Assembly: GCF_001194135.2 (NCBI RefSeq)
Contig: NC_068982.1
Span: forward strand, 12,489,838 to 12,553,837
Length of the DNA: 64,000 nt
Source: Octopus bimaculoides
Taxonomy: Eukaryota
Reading direction: 5' to 3'
The notes under the pieces were generated by a model that worked only from the letters and a program-made list of their open reading frames with translations, was not told the origin of the DNA and did no database searches. A program made the position numbers and the translations under genes. Shown here one piece after another: positions 1 to 11,646 of the stretch (within the stretch, counting starts at the first letter, position 1; each line of letters starts with the position of its first letter).

Positions 1-1
1 C

Positions 2-343
2 TTTCTCCCATTCATTCTCTTTATTAAGCAATCTATCGTAGTGGCATCTCCAGACCTCTTTCTTTGCATCCTCATTTAATGCAAGCGTACCATCATCCAT
101 GCGAACACATTTCTCTCCTACAACATCACTATTCTCTCTCCTACACTGTCTTGCAACACGAAATACCTCGAGTCTTTGGTCCTCACGGCGCAGAACATTG
201 GCAAATCTTTCCTTATCTGCTTCCCCTCTGGCTAAATAAACCTGTCGCCTAGCCTCCCTTCTGGCACATTGGTACAATTCCCTGCTACCACCGTTCTTCC
301 AGTCCTTCCAAGCTTGTTTCTTTTGTCTAATAGCCCTGTCTAC
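2..343 (-). CDS. RTE-clade LINE ORF2 fragment (endonuclease-RT linker), uninterrupted, runs off left edge
   Basis: Manual translation gives 114 stop-free codons VDRAIRQKKQAWKDWKNGGSRELYQCARREARRQVYLARGEADKERFANVLRREDQRLEVFRVARQCRRENSDVVGEKCVRMDDGTLALNEDAKKEVWRCHYDRLLNKENEWEK; W..HY..LLN-type ending is typical of the RTE pre-RT region; absent from ORF track. Confidence 0.85.
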
Positions 344-786
344 CTATTCATATATATACATATATACACACATATATATTATCATTATTACAATTATTCA
401 TATTAGTTCATTCATTTTTGCTGATGATGTCCAAAGACATCATAGACTTCATGTGTTTTCTTAGAACATCATGAATTACATAACCCTACACATGCTGCAA
501 CTTTTGTGCCTTTGACCACTGTTGACCAACCTCTGTTTGTACACAGTTCTGTTTCGAATTACAATATTCCTCTGAAGGTCTGGTATTCCAATCCTATTAT
601 GCAATCATGTAACATACCAGTATTAGCTAGTGAAACTTGCATAAGATTAAGTGATTTGTCATATTGCAATAAAAGTTTTTAAACCAACTCTCCTGCTCTC
701 AGATATAGACTTTGTCAATTATTCAAATGTATATAATACCAAGCAAAACTCAGAGGACAAATAACATTTAATATTTGATTGAAATA

Positions 787-1225
787 AGGTGTGAGCTGCT
801 AGAATTGCTTGCATTCCAAGTAAAATGCTTAACAACATTTCCTCTGTCTACGTTCTGAGTTCAAATTCTGCTGAGGTCAGCTCTGTGCCTTTCAGCTTTT
901 TTGAGGTTAATAAATTAAGTACCAGTCAAGTACTGGGGTCATTGTAATCAACTTAACCCCCACCCTGGAAATTGCTGGCCTTGAAATGAATATTTAATTG
1001 AAATAAAGTGGCAGGCTGGCAGAATCGTTAGCACACTGGGAAAAATACTTAGAGCCACTTCGCCCGTCACTACGTTTTGGGTTCAAATCCTGCCAAGGTT
1101 GACCATGCGTCCCATCCTTTCAGGGTCGATAAAATAAGCACCAATTGAGCAATGGTAATGAAGTGATCAACTTATCTCCTCCCCTGAAATTGCCGGCCTT
1201 GTGCTAAAATTTAAAACCAATATTT
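787..1225 (+). mobile_element. Two tandem copies of tRNA-derived SINE family A
   Basis: Head GAGCTGGCAGAAT..., B-box GAGTTCAAAT, central TCATCCTTT-GGGGTCGATAAA-AAGTACC, tail GGCCTTGTGC; same consensus recurs >10 times in window. Confidence 0.85.
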
Positions 1226-1339
1226 TATTGAAATTTGAAAATACAAAGAATTTCATGGAGATCTAAACATTGGTTAACTGTTGTGCTAGCTCAATCAAAT
1301 AATGCTACTTATATATGTGTGTATATAAGCGTGCATGTA

Positions 1340-1371
<32 letters not shown>

Positions 1372-1374
1372 CGT

Positions 1375-1515
1375 GTGTGACTTCAAGCTTCTACACCATT
1401 TCCAACTTAAGGCAACAATAGACCCAGGGCTATAGAAGAAAACACTTTTCCTAAGAGGCCACATTTTGGGACTGAACGGAAAGCCCTGTGGTTATAAAAT
1501 GAACTTCGTAAATAC
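1375..1515 (-). mobile_element. SINE family B head (degenerate)
   Basis: Reverse complement matches family B head (GGTTCAGTCCCA...CTTGGGCAAGTGTCTTCTACTATAGCC). Confidence 0.7.
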
Positions 1516-1604
1516 TCAACGATCTCTTAAAAAATACCTTTTGGTGTTGAAGTCGTTTAATTATTTCATACAAAATAACAATCATTTATGTATATAAAAT
1601 AACA

Positions 1605-2135
1605 TCATCATCATCATCATCATTTAACGTCCGCTTTCCATGCTAGCATGGGTTGGATGATTTGACTGGGGACTGGCGAAGCAGATGGCTACACCAGACT
1701 CTAATCTGATTTGGCAGAGTTTCTACAGCTGGATGCCCTTCTTAATGCCAACCACTTCGAGAGTGTAGTGGGTGCTTTTTACATGCCACCGGCATGAGGG
1801 CCAGTCTGGCGGTACTGGCAACGGCCATGCTCAAATGGTGTTTTTTATGTGCCACCTGCACAGGAATCAGTCCAATGTTTTGTTCACATGCCACCGGCAC
1901 AAGTGCCAGTAAAGCAAAGCTGGAAACAATCGCGTTCAAATGGTGCTTTTTATGTGCCACTGGTACGGGAGTGAGACCGCTGCTTTGGCAGTGATCCTGC
2001 ACAGATGGTGCTGTTAGTGCTCCACTGGCATGGGTGCCAGTCACCAAATTTGGTCAGTTTCGATCTCACTTGCCCCAACAGGTCTTCGCAAGCTGAGTTT
2101 AGTGTCCAATGAGGAAAGGTTGGCATGGGTGCCAA
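1605..2135 (-). mobile_element. RTE LINE 3' UTR fragment with (TGA)n tail
   Basis: CATCATCATTTAACGTCCGCTTTCCATGCTAGCATGGGTTGG...GGATGCCCTT; the same sequence directly follows the RTE ORF2 stop at 51083. Confidence 0.85.
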
Positions 2136-2329
2136 TGTAAATTTACCCTTTGCCTGGATCTGTACTTTGAAGCCTACTGTTTTTATATAATGTAGAAACA
2201 GCAGATTTCAAAATATGGTTAAGCTCAGTTTTTGTGTCAGATGCAAAAAAATTAAAACAATAAAATAAAAGAGAGATAATGGAGACATACCTGGATGCCT
2301 TTTATTAATTTATTTGAATATCAACAATT

Positions 2330-2910
2330 TTATTGTTGTAAGAAGTTTGCTTCCTGATCACATGGTTCTGGGTTCAGTCCCACTGCATGGCACCTTGGAC
2401 AAATGTTTTCTACTATAGCCTTGGGCTGATCCAGGCAGATTTGCTAAACAGAAATTGAAAGAAGCCAATCGTGTGTGTGTATATGCATGTGTGTGTACCT
2501 GTATGTGTTTGTGTGTATACATATGTGTGTGTTGTATGTGTGTGTGTTGTGTGTGTGTGTGTGCGTGTTGTATGTGTGTGTGCGTGTTGTATGTGTGTGT
2601 GTGTTGTATGTGTGTGTGTGTCTGTGTGTGTATACATATGTATGTGTGCTGTATGTGTGTGTGTGTGTGTTGTGTCTATGTATCATTGTGTCTGTGTGTG
2701 TCTCCACCACTGCTTGACGACCAGTGTTAGTGTGTCCACATTCCTGAAACTAAGCAGTTCAGCAAGAGAGACTGATAGAATAAATACTTGGCTGAAAACA
2801 GAATAAGTCCAGAGATCAATTTGCTCAACTAAATAAAAAAAGAAATACTTCAAGGTGGTGCCCCAGCATGGGCTGCAGTCTAATGACTGAAACAAGCAAC
2901 ATGTATTAAG
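2330..2910 (+). mobile_element. SINE family B with internal (TG)n-rich microsatellite
   Basis: Head, CACCTTGGACAAATGT CORE-like segment, microsatellite 2470-2700, tail GGTGCCCCAGCATGG...ATGACTGAAACAAG. Confidence 0.85.
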
Positions 2911-3554
2911 AAATCTAAACAGGGAAAAATGATGGAACTGACACTGAAGAATTTGCTGCAAAACATCCTGCAAGGAAATTTATTATACTAGATTAAGCTT
3001 TGGAATAAGGCATATATATTAATATAATTCAAATTCCTTGATTTGTCATGAGTTCTAATACATATTTTATGAGTTCATTTCTCAGCACTCTGAAGTAGGT
3101 ATTTTGCTTTGTACATCTTTAATATGATTCTTGCATCTTAATTCTTCTGAAACCTCTGATTAATTTTCTTGTTTCATTCCGTACTTTGTTTTTCTTTCGC
3201 TGCTTGCTGTTACATTTTAGAATTGTGGTTGAAGGAAATGTTTTTTTTCTTCTTTCTTTTTAACGTTGTCAATAGGCTGAAAGAGAACACTAACACAGTA
3301 ATATTGATTTTAAATCTATCATAATAATAATAATAAAAAAAAAGAAAAACTGATTAGAAGAGAGAATAATGCTAGCTTTGTTAATAGAAATGAATGAAAT
3401 GGCTTTATGTCCTTTACCGTTCCATGATTGGCAGGTGATATGTTCTCACTGATTAAAGTCATTCATTACATTGCTTTTGTCTAGCCTTGCTTTTTTTTAA
3501 AAAAATACTTTGTTGACGTTTTTGTTTTCACTTTTTTTTGTTGGTTGTTGTGGT

Positions 3555-4110
3555 TGCTTGGCTCCAGGTTGGTTCTAACTGAGCAGATCTATGATTAAAA
3601 GAGCTCCTACCATGATTATACCATATTTATTTTTCAAAACATCATATATCTAATAGCAAACTAACCATTGCAGTAAGGTATAATTTAAGCGAAATTTGCT
3701 TGCTATATTTAGCAGGTCAAGAGGCCACGTAGAGGCTCCCTTGCTTTGTTATTATTATTTAGTCCCTTATTCTGAGTTCAAACTCCACTGAGGTCGACTT
3801 TGCCTTTCATCCTTTTGGGGTCGATAAATTAAGCACCAGTTGAGTACTGAGGTCAATGTAATCGACTTGACACCTCCCACCAAAATTTGAGGCCTTGTGC
3901 CTATAGTAGAAAGGATTTATTTAATCCCTTATTAAGCCCCATTGATGAAAGGCATTCTTAACAATGACTATCCCATCTTTTTATTATGTACAGAGAAAAC
4001 AGGACTGTATCCAGTGTGTCTTATTCTAAAATGGTAAGATGTAATGATTTGAAGGAATTTGACTGCTTTTTGAAGCAGTTAAACCTCTATTAAGACACTC
4101 TCTCGATGGC
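3555..4110 (+). mobile_element. Two copies of unclassified repeat family D with a SINE-A (3757-3915) between them
   Basis: Shared motif CCATGA(C/T)-ATCCCATC...GATTTG(G/A)CTGCT(A)TTT-TAGCAGGTC-AG-GGCCACGTAGAGGCTCCC also seen at 24.2, 29.0, 44.1 and 50.1 kb. Confidence 0.7.
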
Positions 4111-4464
4111 TTGTCCTTTGTATTGTATTTTCTGTTGGTATTTAAGATGGTGAACTGGTATAATCATTACATTAGACAACATATTCAGTTGTATTTCTTC
4201 AGTCTCTTTTACTAAGGATGACTTCGGGGTTAATAGAATAAATACCAGATGGGCACTGGGGACCATGTAATCAACTTTCCATTTCTCTCACAATTGCTGG
4301 CCTTGTCCCAAAATTAGAAACCCTTATTTATCCATGATAATTGTTTATTTTTTTTTTTTATCATTGTTGTTGCTAATGAATTTAACAAATTGTCTGTTCT
4401 TTGCAATGAAATTCTGTCGTTTTATCATAAGTATATTATACAGGATTTGTAGCTGAGGCTTTAC

Positions 4465-4545
4465 ACCAGCATTTCTCAACCAGGATTCCTTGGAACCCTA
4501 CGGTTCTGGCAAAGGTTTCTAGGGGGTCCACAAGAAAGAGTGAGA
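4465..4545 (+). mobile_element. hAT/Charlie-type MITE 5' fragment
   Basis: CAGCATTTCTCAACC...GGGGTCCAC, resembles element at 15130-15458. Confidence 0.5.
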
Positions 4546-4624
4546 TAGACTAATGCTAATTTCATAATCGTAATATTACTATTCATACACAACATATTAT
4601 TGGTTATTGTAATATTGTAATATT

Positions 4625-4676
<52 letters not shown>

Positions 4677-6251
4677 NNNNNNNNNNNNNNNNNNNNNNNN
4701 NNNNNNNNNNNNNNNNNNNNNNNNNNNNNNNNNNNNNNNNNNNNNNNNNNNNNNNNNNNNNNNNNNNNNNNNNNNNNNNNNNNNNNNNNNNNNNNNNNNN
4801 NNNNNNNNNNNNNNNNNNNNNNNNNNNNNNNNNNNNNNNNNNNNNNNNNNNNNNNNNNNNNNNNNNNNNNNNNNNNNNNNNNNNNNNNNNNNNNNNNNNN
4901 NNNNNNNNNNNNNNNNNNNNNNNNNNNNNNNNNNNNNNNNNNNNNNNNNNNNNNNNNNNNNNNNNNNNNNNNNNNNNNNNNNNNNNNNNNNNNNNNNNNN
5001 NNNNNNNNNNNNNNNNNNNNNNNNNNNNNNNNNNNNNNNNNNNNNNNNNNNNNNNNNNNNNNNNNNNNNNNNNNNNNNNNNNNNNNNNNNNNNNNNNNNN
5101 NNNNNNNNNNNNNNNNNNNNNNNNNNNNNNNNNNNNNNNNNNNNNNNNNNNNNNNNNNNNNNNNNNNNNNNNNNNNNNNNNNNNNNNNNNNNNNNNNNNN
5201 NNNNNNNNNNNNNNNNNNNNNNNNNNNNNNNNNNNNNNNNNNNNNNNNNNNNNNNNNNNNNNNNNNNNNNNNNNNNNNNNNNNNNNNNNNNNNNNNNNNN
5301 NNNNNNNNNNNNNNNNNNNNNNNNNNNNNNNNNNNNNNNNNNNNNNNNNNNNNAAACTCTTCATTAAATTTACATCACTGAATTCCAAATATATCTTATT
5401 AGAAATCAACCCTTCTTTTATTCATTCCTAGATGCTGAATAAATATTTCAGACGTCAATGTCATCTTACACAAATATATTTTATTATATATGAATCCTTT
5501 TCATTTCTCTTAAGATAACAAGAAATAAATTGAATAAGAAATATCATTGAGAGGTTTACTTGAATCTTTAAATAAATAAAGTTGTAGCTTGGAAACATTT
5601 GCAGTTCAAATTGACTGGAAATATTAGGTATCCCCTGTGAAAATTTTAGTGAAAGATCTGTATGGCAAAAGGAAACAACAATGGAGATTATCAGCAAAAT
5701 ATTAATACCTAAAGAGAGAGAGAAAAAAAATCAATCTTTATCATAATTATTATTCAAGCACAGAAACACATGAGCTGATTGAAAAAATAAAGAATTCAAA
5801 AATAATAATACAAACTAATACTCTGCATTGCTTTCCTTTCTTAATAAATTATGTGAATAAAAGCAGGTGTTATTATGTGAAATTATGTTTCAGCATAGAA
5901 TGCATAAGGAAATAGTTTAAATCATTTTTGTCATTCTAGTAACTCATGTTTATATTAACTAGCAAAGGATAATGAACAAAAATATTTAAAATCTTTTTAA
6001 ATCTAAATTTCAACTTTAGACCCTGCAAAGATTCACAGATGGAGAATAGATTTTGAAATGGTAATGTGTGTATATAAAAGGAAAATAATATAATTTATAT
6101 TTGGACATTAGTAATTCTATCATCAGACTCTACTGACAATATAAAAATTACACACACACACACACACAGAGTAAAATCTATTTCCCAACGTAAAATGGCA
6201 GTCTTGATTAGGATGATGTTACTACCTTTTCTCTCACTTGTTTTCCTCTTC

Positions 6252-6294
<43 letters not shown>

Positions 6295-6327
6295 TACACG
6301 CACATATATTTTTGTTGTGTTATAAGC

Positions 6328-6735
6328 GTAGGAGTGGCTGTGTGGTAAGTAGCTTGCTTATCAACCACATGGTTCCAGGTTCAGTCCCTCTGCGTGGCAC
6401 CTTAGGCAAATGTCTTCAACTATAGCCTCGGGCTGACCAAAGCCTTGTGAGTGGATTTGGTAGACGGAAACTGAAAGAAGCCCATCGTATATATTTATAT
6501 ATATGTATATATGTATGTGTATGTATATGTTTGTGTGTCTATGTTTGTCCCCCCCAACATCACTTGACAACTGATGCTGGTGTGTTTATGTCCCTGTAAC
6601 TTAGCGATTCGTCAAAAAGAGACTGATAGAATAAGTACTAGGCTTACAAAGAATAAGTCCTGGGGTCGATTTGCTCGACTAAAGGTGGTGCTCCAGCATG
6701 GCCACAGTCAAATGATTGAAGCAAGTAAAAAAGTG
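6328..6735 (+). mobile_element. SINE family B, full length
   Basis: A-box TGGCTGTGTGGT, B-box GGTTCAGTCC, internal (TA/TG)n, tail ending GATTGAAGCAAGTAAAA. Confidence 0.9.
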
Positions 6736-6934
6736 ATAAAAATATAGATTACAAATAATTAAAAGATATTCATTAGAAAGTAGATAAATCTCAGAATTTT
6801 ACCAAGATACACACAAATAGATAAACTGACAGAGAGTGAGAGAAACAGAGAGAAGGAGAAAAGAGAGAGAGAGTAATAGAAAAAAAAAACAGTGCCATTC
6901 TAAAGTATTTGATAATCCCATAAATTGAACCCAA

Positions 6935-7104
6935 TATCATCATCATCATCATCATCATCGTTTAACGTCCGCTTTCCATGCTAGCATGGGTTGAACGATT
7001 TGACTGAGGACTGGTGAAACCGGATGGCAACACCAGGCTCCAATCTAAATTTGGCAGAGTTTCTACTCTGCCAAATTTAGATTGGAGCCTGGTGTTGCCA
7101 TCCG
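6935..7104 (-). mobile_element. RTE 3' UTR fragment ending in a perfect fold-back
   Basis: (CAT)n tail at 6935-6960; 7021-7060 and 7065-7104 are exact reverse complements. Confidence 0.9.
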
Positions 7105-7339
7105 AGATAAACCAGAAGGATAAAGGAGGAAATGTTTCCTACTTGTAGCATAAAATAGCATAGTACAGATTATCAAAGTGTAGCATTGCAGTATCCACAG
7201 TGACCAGGAATAAAATATGATTTGATAAAACAAAAATCAATCTGATTACACAGATGAGATATAGATTATGAGATAATTGTCTCTATATAGTTGTTAAAAA
7301 TAACTAAACAATACTAACCAGCTCAGTTGACAGTATATG

Positions 7340-7529
7340 TACACAGAGGTGCTGAAAAGTTGCTGAAAGGCCCAACGTTTCAAGTTATTTTACAGGGCTT
7401 AGAAAGCCTAAAGGATTGCTGCAATAAGTGTGAATCTGGGAGGGGAATGTGTTGAATAAAATCATAATTAACTGATCCTCCTGTATTTTCTTTTACCCAA
7501 AATCAGGAACTTTTCAGCAGCCCCTCATA
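7340..7529. mobile_element. Mariner deletion derivative (MITE)
   Basis: TA-flanked TIRs GGTGCTGAAAAGTT / AACTTTTCAGCAGCCCC; encodes NKCVNLGGECVE* transposase-like terminus; sister copy at 44675-44885. Confidence 0.75.
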
Positions 7530-8032
7530 TCTATGTGTGTATTTCAGGTCATTTCTAGTGCTGTTGGTAATATGTAACACAATAGAACCAGTCACCATTG
7601 TTTTTAATTAATGATAATTGGGCTGTCAATGAGTAAACAACCCTACCACGCTTGCTTAGCAAGGAGAGTGATTTTCATTGGACACCCCGAAAGATGTAAA
7701 ACAAAACATCTCAAAGGACAGATGAACTCAGCACAGTCAATGACCACCCAAGAACTGGGAGTGAGAGGATCCCCTAATCTTTGTTTAGACATCTCTGTAG
7801 ATGTCTAAACAAAGATCTTGCCCTCACTTGTTTCTGGATGACTTGGTTTTGCAGCTGAGTCATCATCATCATCGTTTAACGTCTGCCTTCCATGCTGGCA
7901 TCGGTTGGAATCTTAGCATTATTGTGCAAGTTGTTATTAACCTGTAATTTCAGCATTGGTGTTGCTGACAGATTATTGCTTTTGATATCTAGGACAAGAT
8001 AATTTTGTCAGCAATAGTCATAGTCGTCAAGT

Positions 8033-8365
8033 GAAGGCTCGTGGCTTAGTGGTTAGTGCATTTGGCTCATGATCATAAGGTCGTGAGTTCAATTCCCGGC
8101 GACGTGTTGTGTCCTTGAGCAGGACACTTTATTTCACCTTGCTCCAGTCCACTCAGCTGGCAAAAATGAGTAGTACCTGTATTTCAAAGGGCCAGCCTTG
8201 TCACACTCTGTGTCATGCTGAATCTCCCTGAGAACTACGTTAGGGGTACACGTGTCTGTGGATTGCTCAGCCACTTCCATGTTAATTTCATGAGCAAGCT
8301 GTTCCGTTGATCATATCAGCTGGGACCCTCATCCTCGTAACCGATGGTGTGCTCCTCCTGTGCTC
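8033..8365 (+). mobile_element. tRNA-derived SINE family C, full length
   Basis: tRNA-like head TGGCTTAGTGG...GAGTTCAATTCC, central TTATTTCAC-TTGCTCCAGTCCACTCAGCTGG, tail shared with 31295-31472 and 57905-58085. Confidence 0.85.
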
Positions 8366-8469
8366 CTCATAGTCGTCAACAAGCTGACAGCTACCGTGTA
8401 TGTATGCATGTATGTATGTATGTATGTGTGTATGTATGTATGTATGTATGTATGTCTCTTCTATTTTTT

Positions 8470-8665
8470 AATTATTATAAATCTTCCACTGAGGAGGGCG
8501 CCAGTTTCCAACAAAGATACAAGACTCCATCTTTGGGATGTAGTAAAACATAGACAAATTCACATTTGGAACTTGAGAAAAGTCTTGCATATTTTTACTG
8601 TTCCACTCACAGATTGCACTTGTAATGTACGAATCAGCTGGTCGATTTCCCTTTCTGAAAATCCC
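8470..8665 (-). mobile_element. RLE-type (R4/Dong-like) LINE 3' end
   Basis: FSEREIDQLIRTLQVQSVSGTVKICKTFLKFQM* matches the C-terminus of the RLE fragment at 20540-20996. Confidence 0.75.
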
Positions 8666-8679
8666 AGTTTATCTATGCT

Positions 8680-9065
8680 TGTATGTATGTGTGTGTGTGT
8701 ATATGTATGTCTATATATGCATGTATGTATGTATGTATGTATGTTATGCATGTATGTATGTATGTATGTATAGTTGTATATATATGCAGGCATGTACATG
8801 TTCGTGTGTGTTTCTGTGTGTATGTACGTTCATTCAGTTATAATTGCTGGCTGATGACCATGTACACAGGCAAAACCCCAGAGCAGCACAAGCCTAATCC
8901 AACTAAAATAGAAACATCACATACATACATACAAACACGTGCATGCCCACACACACATGCATGCGCACACACACATGTATGCACTCATGCACATGCACAC
9001 ATGCACACACACATGCACACACATACACACACACACAAACACACACACACGGACGTGTGCACACA
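8680..9065. repeat. (ATGT)n/(GT)n and (AC)n microsatellite cluster
   Basis: Directly visible. Confidence 0.95.
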
Positions 9066-9359
9066 CAGCGGTGCTACACATATAGACTAAGAAAGGGAAA
9101 ATACAAAGAAAGGATGGTGATGAAGAGGGAGTGGAGTTTATGTGATTCCATAATTCTTGAATCTTAAAAATTTATCTAAAAGTGGGTGGTCATTGAAAAT
9201 TTCAGAATTATAATAGTGTTTGCAGAATGCTAAATAGTTAATGAATTTCATAAGCTACATCAACTTCGTCATAATATTCTTCCTCATTTACTCATAACCT
9301 TTCCCTTATTTCTCCTCCTCCTCTTTCTCCTCTTCCGCTTCCCCTCCTTCGCCTTACTT

Positions 9360-9785
9360 TCCCATCTTCCCCATTATCACCATGGACATCACCAGTGCCA
9401 GTGGAATGTAAAAAGCACCATCCAAGCATGGTTGATACCAGTGCTGGCTAACTGGTCCCATGCTGGTGGCATGTAAAAAGCACCATTTGAATGTGGTCAT
9501 TGCCAGTTCCAACTGACTGGCTCCCATGTTAGCGGCACATAAAATGCAACATTCGAGAATGGTCATTACCAGTACTGTCTGACTGGCCCTCATGTCGTTG
9601 GCACATAAAAGCACCCACTACACTCTCAGAGTGGCTGGTGTTAGGAAGGGCATCCAGCAGTAGAAACTTTGCCAGATCGGATTGGAGCCTGGTGTAGCCA
9701 TCTGGTTTCACCAGTCATCAGTCAAACCATCCAACCCATGCCAGCATGGAAAGCGGATGTTAAACAACGATAATAATGATAATAT
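9360..9785 (+). mobile_element. RTE 3' UTR fragment with internal repeated units
   Basis: GTAAAAAGCACC units, AGGAAGGGCATCCAGC, CCATGCCAGCATGGAAAGCGGATGTTAAA + GAT tail. Confidence 0.85.
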
Positions 9786-10141
9786 AGAAGATATACTGAT
9801 TCTTTTCTTTTTTACACCATTGTTGTCCTTCGTTTATCATGTTAGCAGTTGACTCAGTTTGCACTGCATGAAGTGTGAATTTCCCATAAGTTTACCAAAA
9901 ATATTGCTAAATCTTTTGAATGCATCAGTCTTAATGCACACAGATTATTGAATGTCAACCTTTTCTATTATTATTTTTATGGATATGCTTGTTGCTATCT
10001 GCATTTCATCTTACTATCTCATTTCAACATCTTTTGCTTCCAATCATTTTTCCTGGTTCTTGACAATACTATTCATTATCTTTTGTACGAATGAATCTCT
10101 TCTTTTTATAAAATTAATATTGAACATAGAAGTATTTCCAG

Positions 10142-10228
10142 TTCCTATCGTTGATATATTCAATTTTGTTCTTAATTCTTTCTGAGTTATTCAATTTCTA
10201 TCATACTTTCACACTTTTATCTTGTCAT
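10142..10228 (+). CDS. Candidate internal exon, unknown protein
   Basis: tttccAG|...|GTGAGT, open frame FLSLIYSILFLILSELFNFYHTFTLLSCH (phase 0-0); alternative acceptor at 10186; no homology recognised. Confidence 0.3.
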
Positions 10229-10580
10229 GTGAGTATTTCTTTATTATATTAATATAATGACAATTAAAATTGTAAATTTAATTGTAAACTCTAATACAAA
10301 TATGTTAGTGATTTTAAATATCTTGAATCCTCCTTGATTTTTAAGAAGCTTTAGAAAGGTAGAAGTGCTTATAATAACTTACCACTGTTATCATTTAAAA
10401 CTTCTTGAAAAATTCATTCAAAATCAATGTCTTATTTTCCATCTTTCTTTAATTTATTATTAGGAAATATATATACTAAAGTTTTAAAAGACTTCTTATT
10501 AATTTTCTTTTTATTCCTTTATTTAATGGTTTCAAATAACTATCTTGGAATCGTTCCCATTGATTGTTCTTGTACTGTAG

Positions 10581-10673
10581 ATATTATACAATCACTGCAT
10601 AGCAATTCTTATGCCAAAAATAGTTTACATTAATAACTATACATCAATGAAGAATAGGATGATAGAAAAAGCG
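10581..10673 (+). CDS. Candidate internal exon, unknown protein
   Basis: ttcttgtactgtAG|...GCG|GTAAGT, only phase 0 open: ILYNHCIAILMPKIVYINNYTSMKNRMIEKA; phase-compatible with 10142-10228. Confidence 0.4.
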
Positions 10674-11346
10674 GTAAGTTGAAGTAAAGCTTAAAAAGAA
10701 AAAAAAGAAAAGAAAAAAACCCCAGCTAATGCATGATATTTATTAGATTTACAGATAACTGATTTCTGAATAGTTTTGTGAGCAAAATCAATTAGAGTGA
10801 AAGGTATGGCAGATAAGCATTCAATTAAAAGAATTCTGAAACAATGGTTGTGAAAAATATCAAAGAAAACCAAAGAACTGTAAAGCTAAAATAAGTACAG
10901 TTCTAGAATATAACAGAATTGAAAGGAAACAGAGGAAACAAAAACAAACTGGAATGATTAAAAACTAGGATTTGATAAGAAATTTAAATTTTATTGAATA
11001 TTGTTGTTCTTCAAGGCTTCATCAGCAATCTTTTGTCAGCTTGAGTATTCACATTCAAAACAATAGACTCATGACAAATCAATTACATTATTTCTTCTGT
11101 GTTTTTTTTTAACCTCCAAAATAGCTTTTCAATGTTCACATATCCTTCAGCAATAAAAAAGAATCAATGTTCTTATTTGAAGAAAAAATATATTTAATTA
11201 GACTGATACATTTAATTCAGTGGAATTCCAATATTTTGTAGTTTGAAAAATGAACCAAATCCTTCAACTACATTAAGATTAATTGTGTCATTTAATGCTT
11301 TTTTTTTTTTAAATAAACTTTAAAACGGTAAAACTAATTAACTTAC

Positions 11347-11392
11347 TTGATCAAATTCCTGGCAATGATATTACTTGTACAAAACCCGAAAA
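11347..11392 (-). CDS. Candidate minus-strand exon
   Basis: gcAG|...CAA|GTAAGT, single open frame FGFCTSNIIARNLI. Confidence 0.2.
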
Positions 11393-11646
11393 CTGCTTTC
11401 AATAAATTAATTTCAATATAGGATAGAATTTTTTTTTTCTCTGTATTTGTCAGAAAAGGAAGCATTTACAATTTATTTTGGATAATTCCTTGTTAATAAC
11501 AGTGCCATAAATCAATCAGTTAATAAAGAAAATTATTGCATATCTACAGTTTGTTACATATTTATGATATATTCAATAGAATAGTTTAAAAAATATCTAA
11601 TTCAAAGCTTTGAAGCAAAGATTTTATCTGCATTTGCATTTAACAG

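Noticed and set aside
424-443. Hairpin ATGATGTC-CAAA-GACATCAT next to a CTGATGA
   Set aside because: 8-bp stem is expected by chance, and there is no GAAA to complete a hammerhead
1742-2135. ORFs within RTE 3' UTR copies (also 9354-9711, 39081-39793, 46801-47299, 58385-58594)
   Set aside because: Non-coding or antisense readings of a repeated UTR
2413-2806. Overlapping ORFs rich in CV/HT/YI (also 8360-9167, 27990-28223, 31223-31654, 38514-39069, 52665-52886)
   Set aside because: Translations of dinucleotide and tetranucleotide microsatellites
3994-4033. Apparent exon with strong AG and GTAAGA
   Set aside because: Lies inside a family D repeat copy
4597-5409. Long ORFs containing X runs (also 12614-12848, 18679-19353, 28366-28797, 50546-51308, 56854-57128)
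   Set aside because: They are open only because they cross assembly N gaps
8035-8105. tRNA-like sequence with a CAT loop
   Set aside because: Imperfect stems and continues into a SINE body: a SINE head, not a tRNA gene
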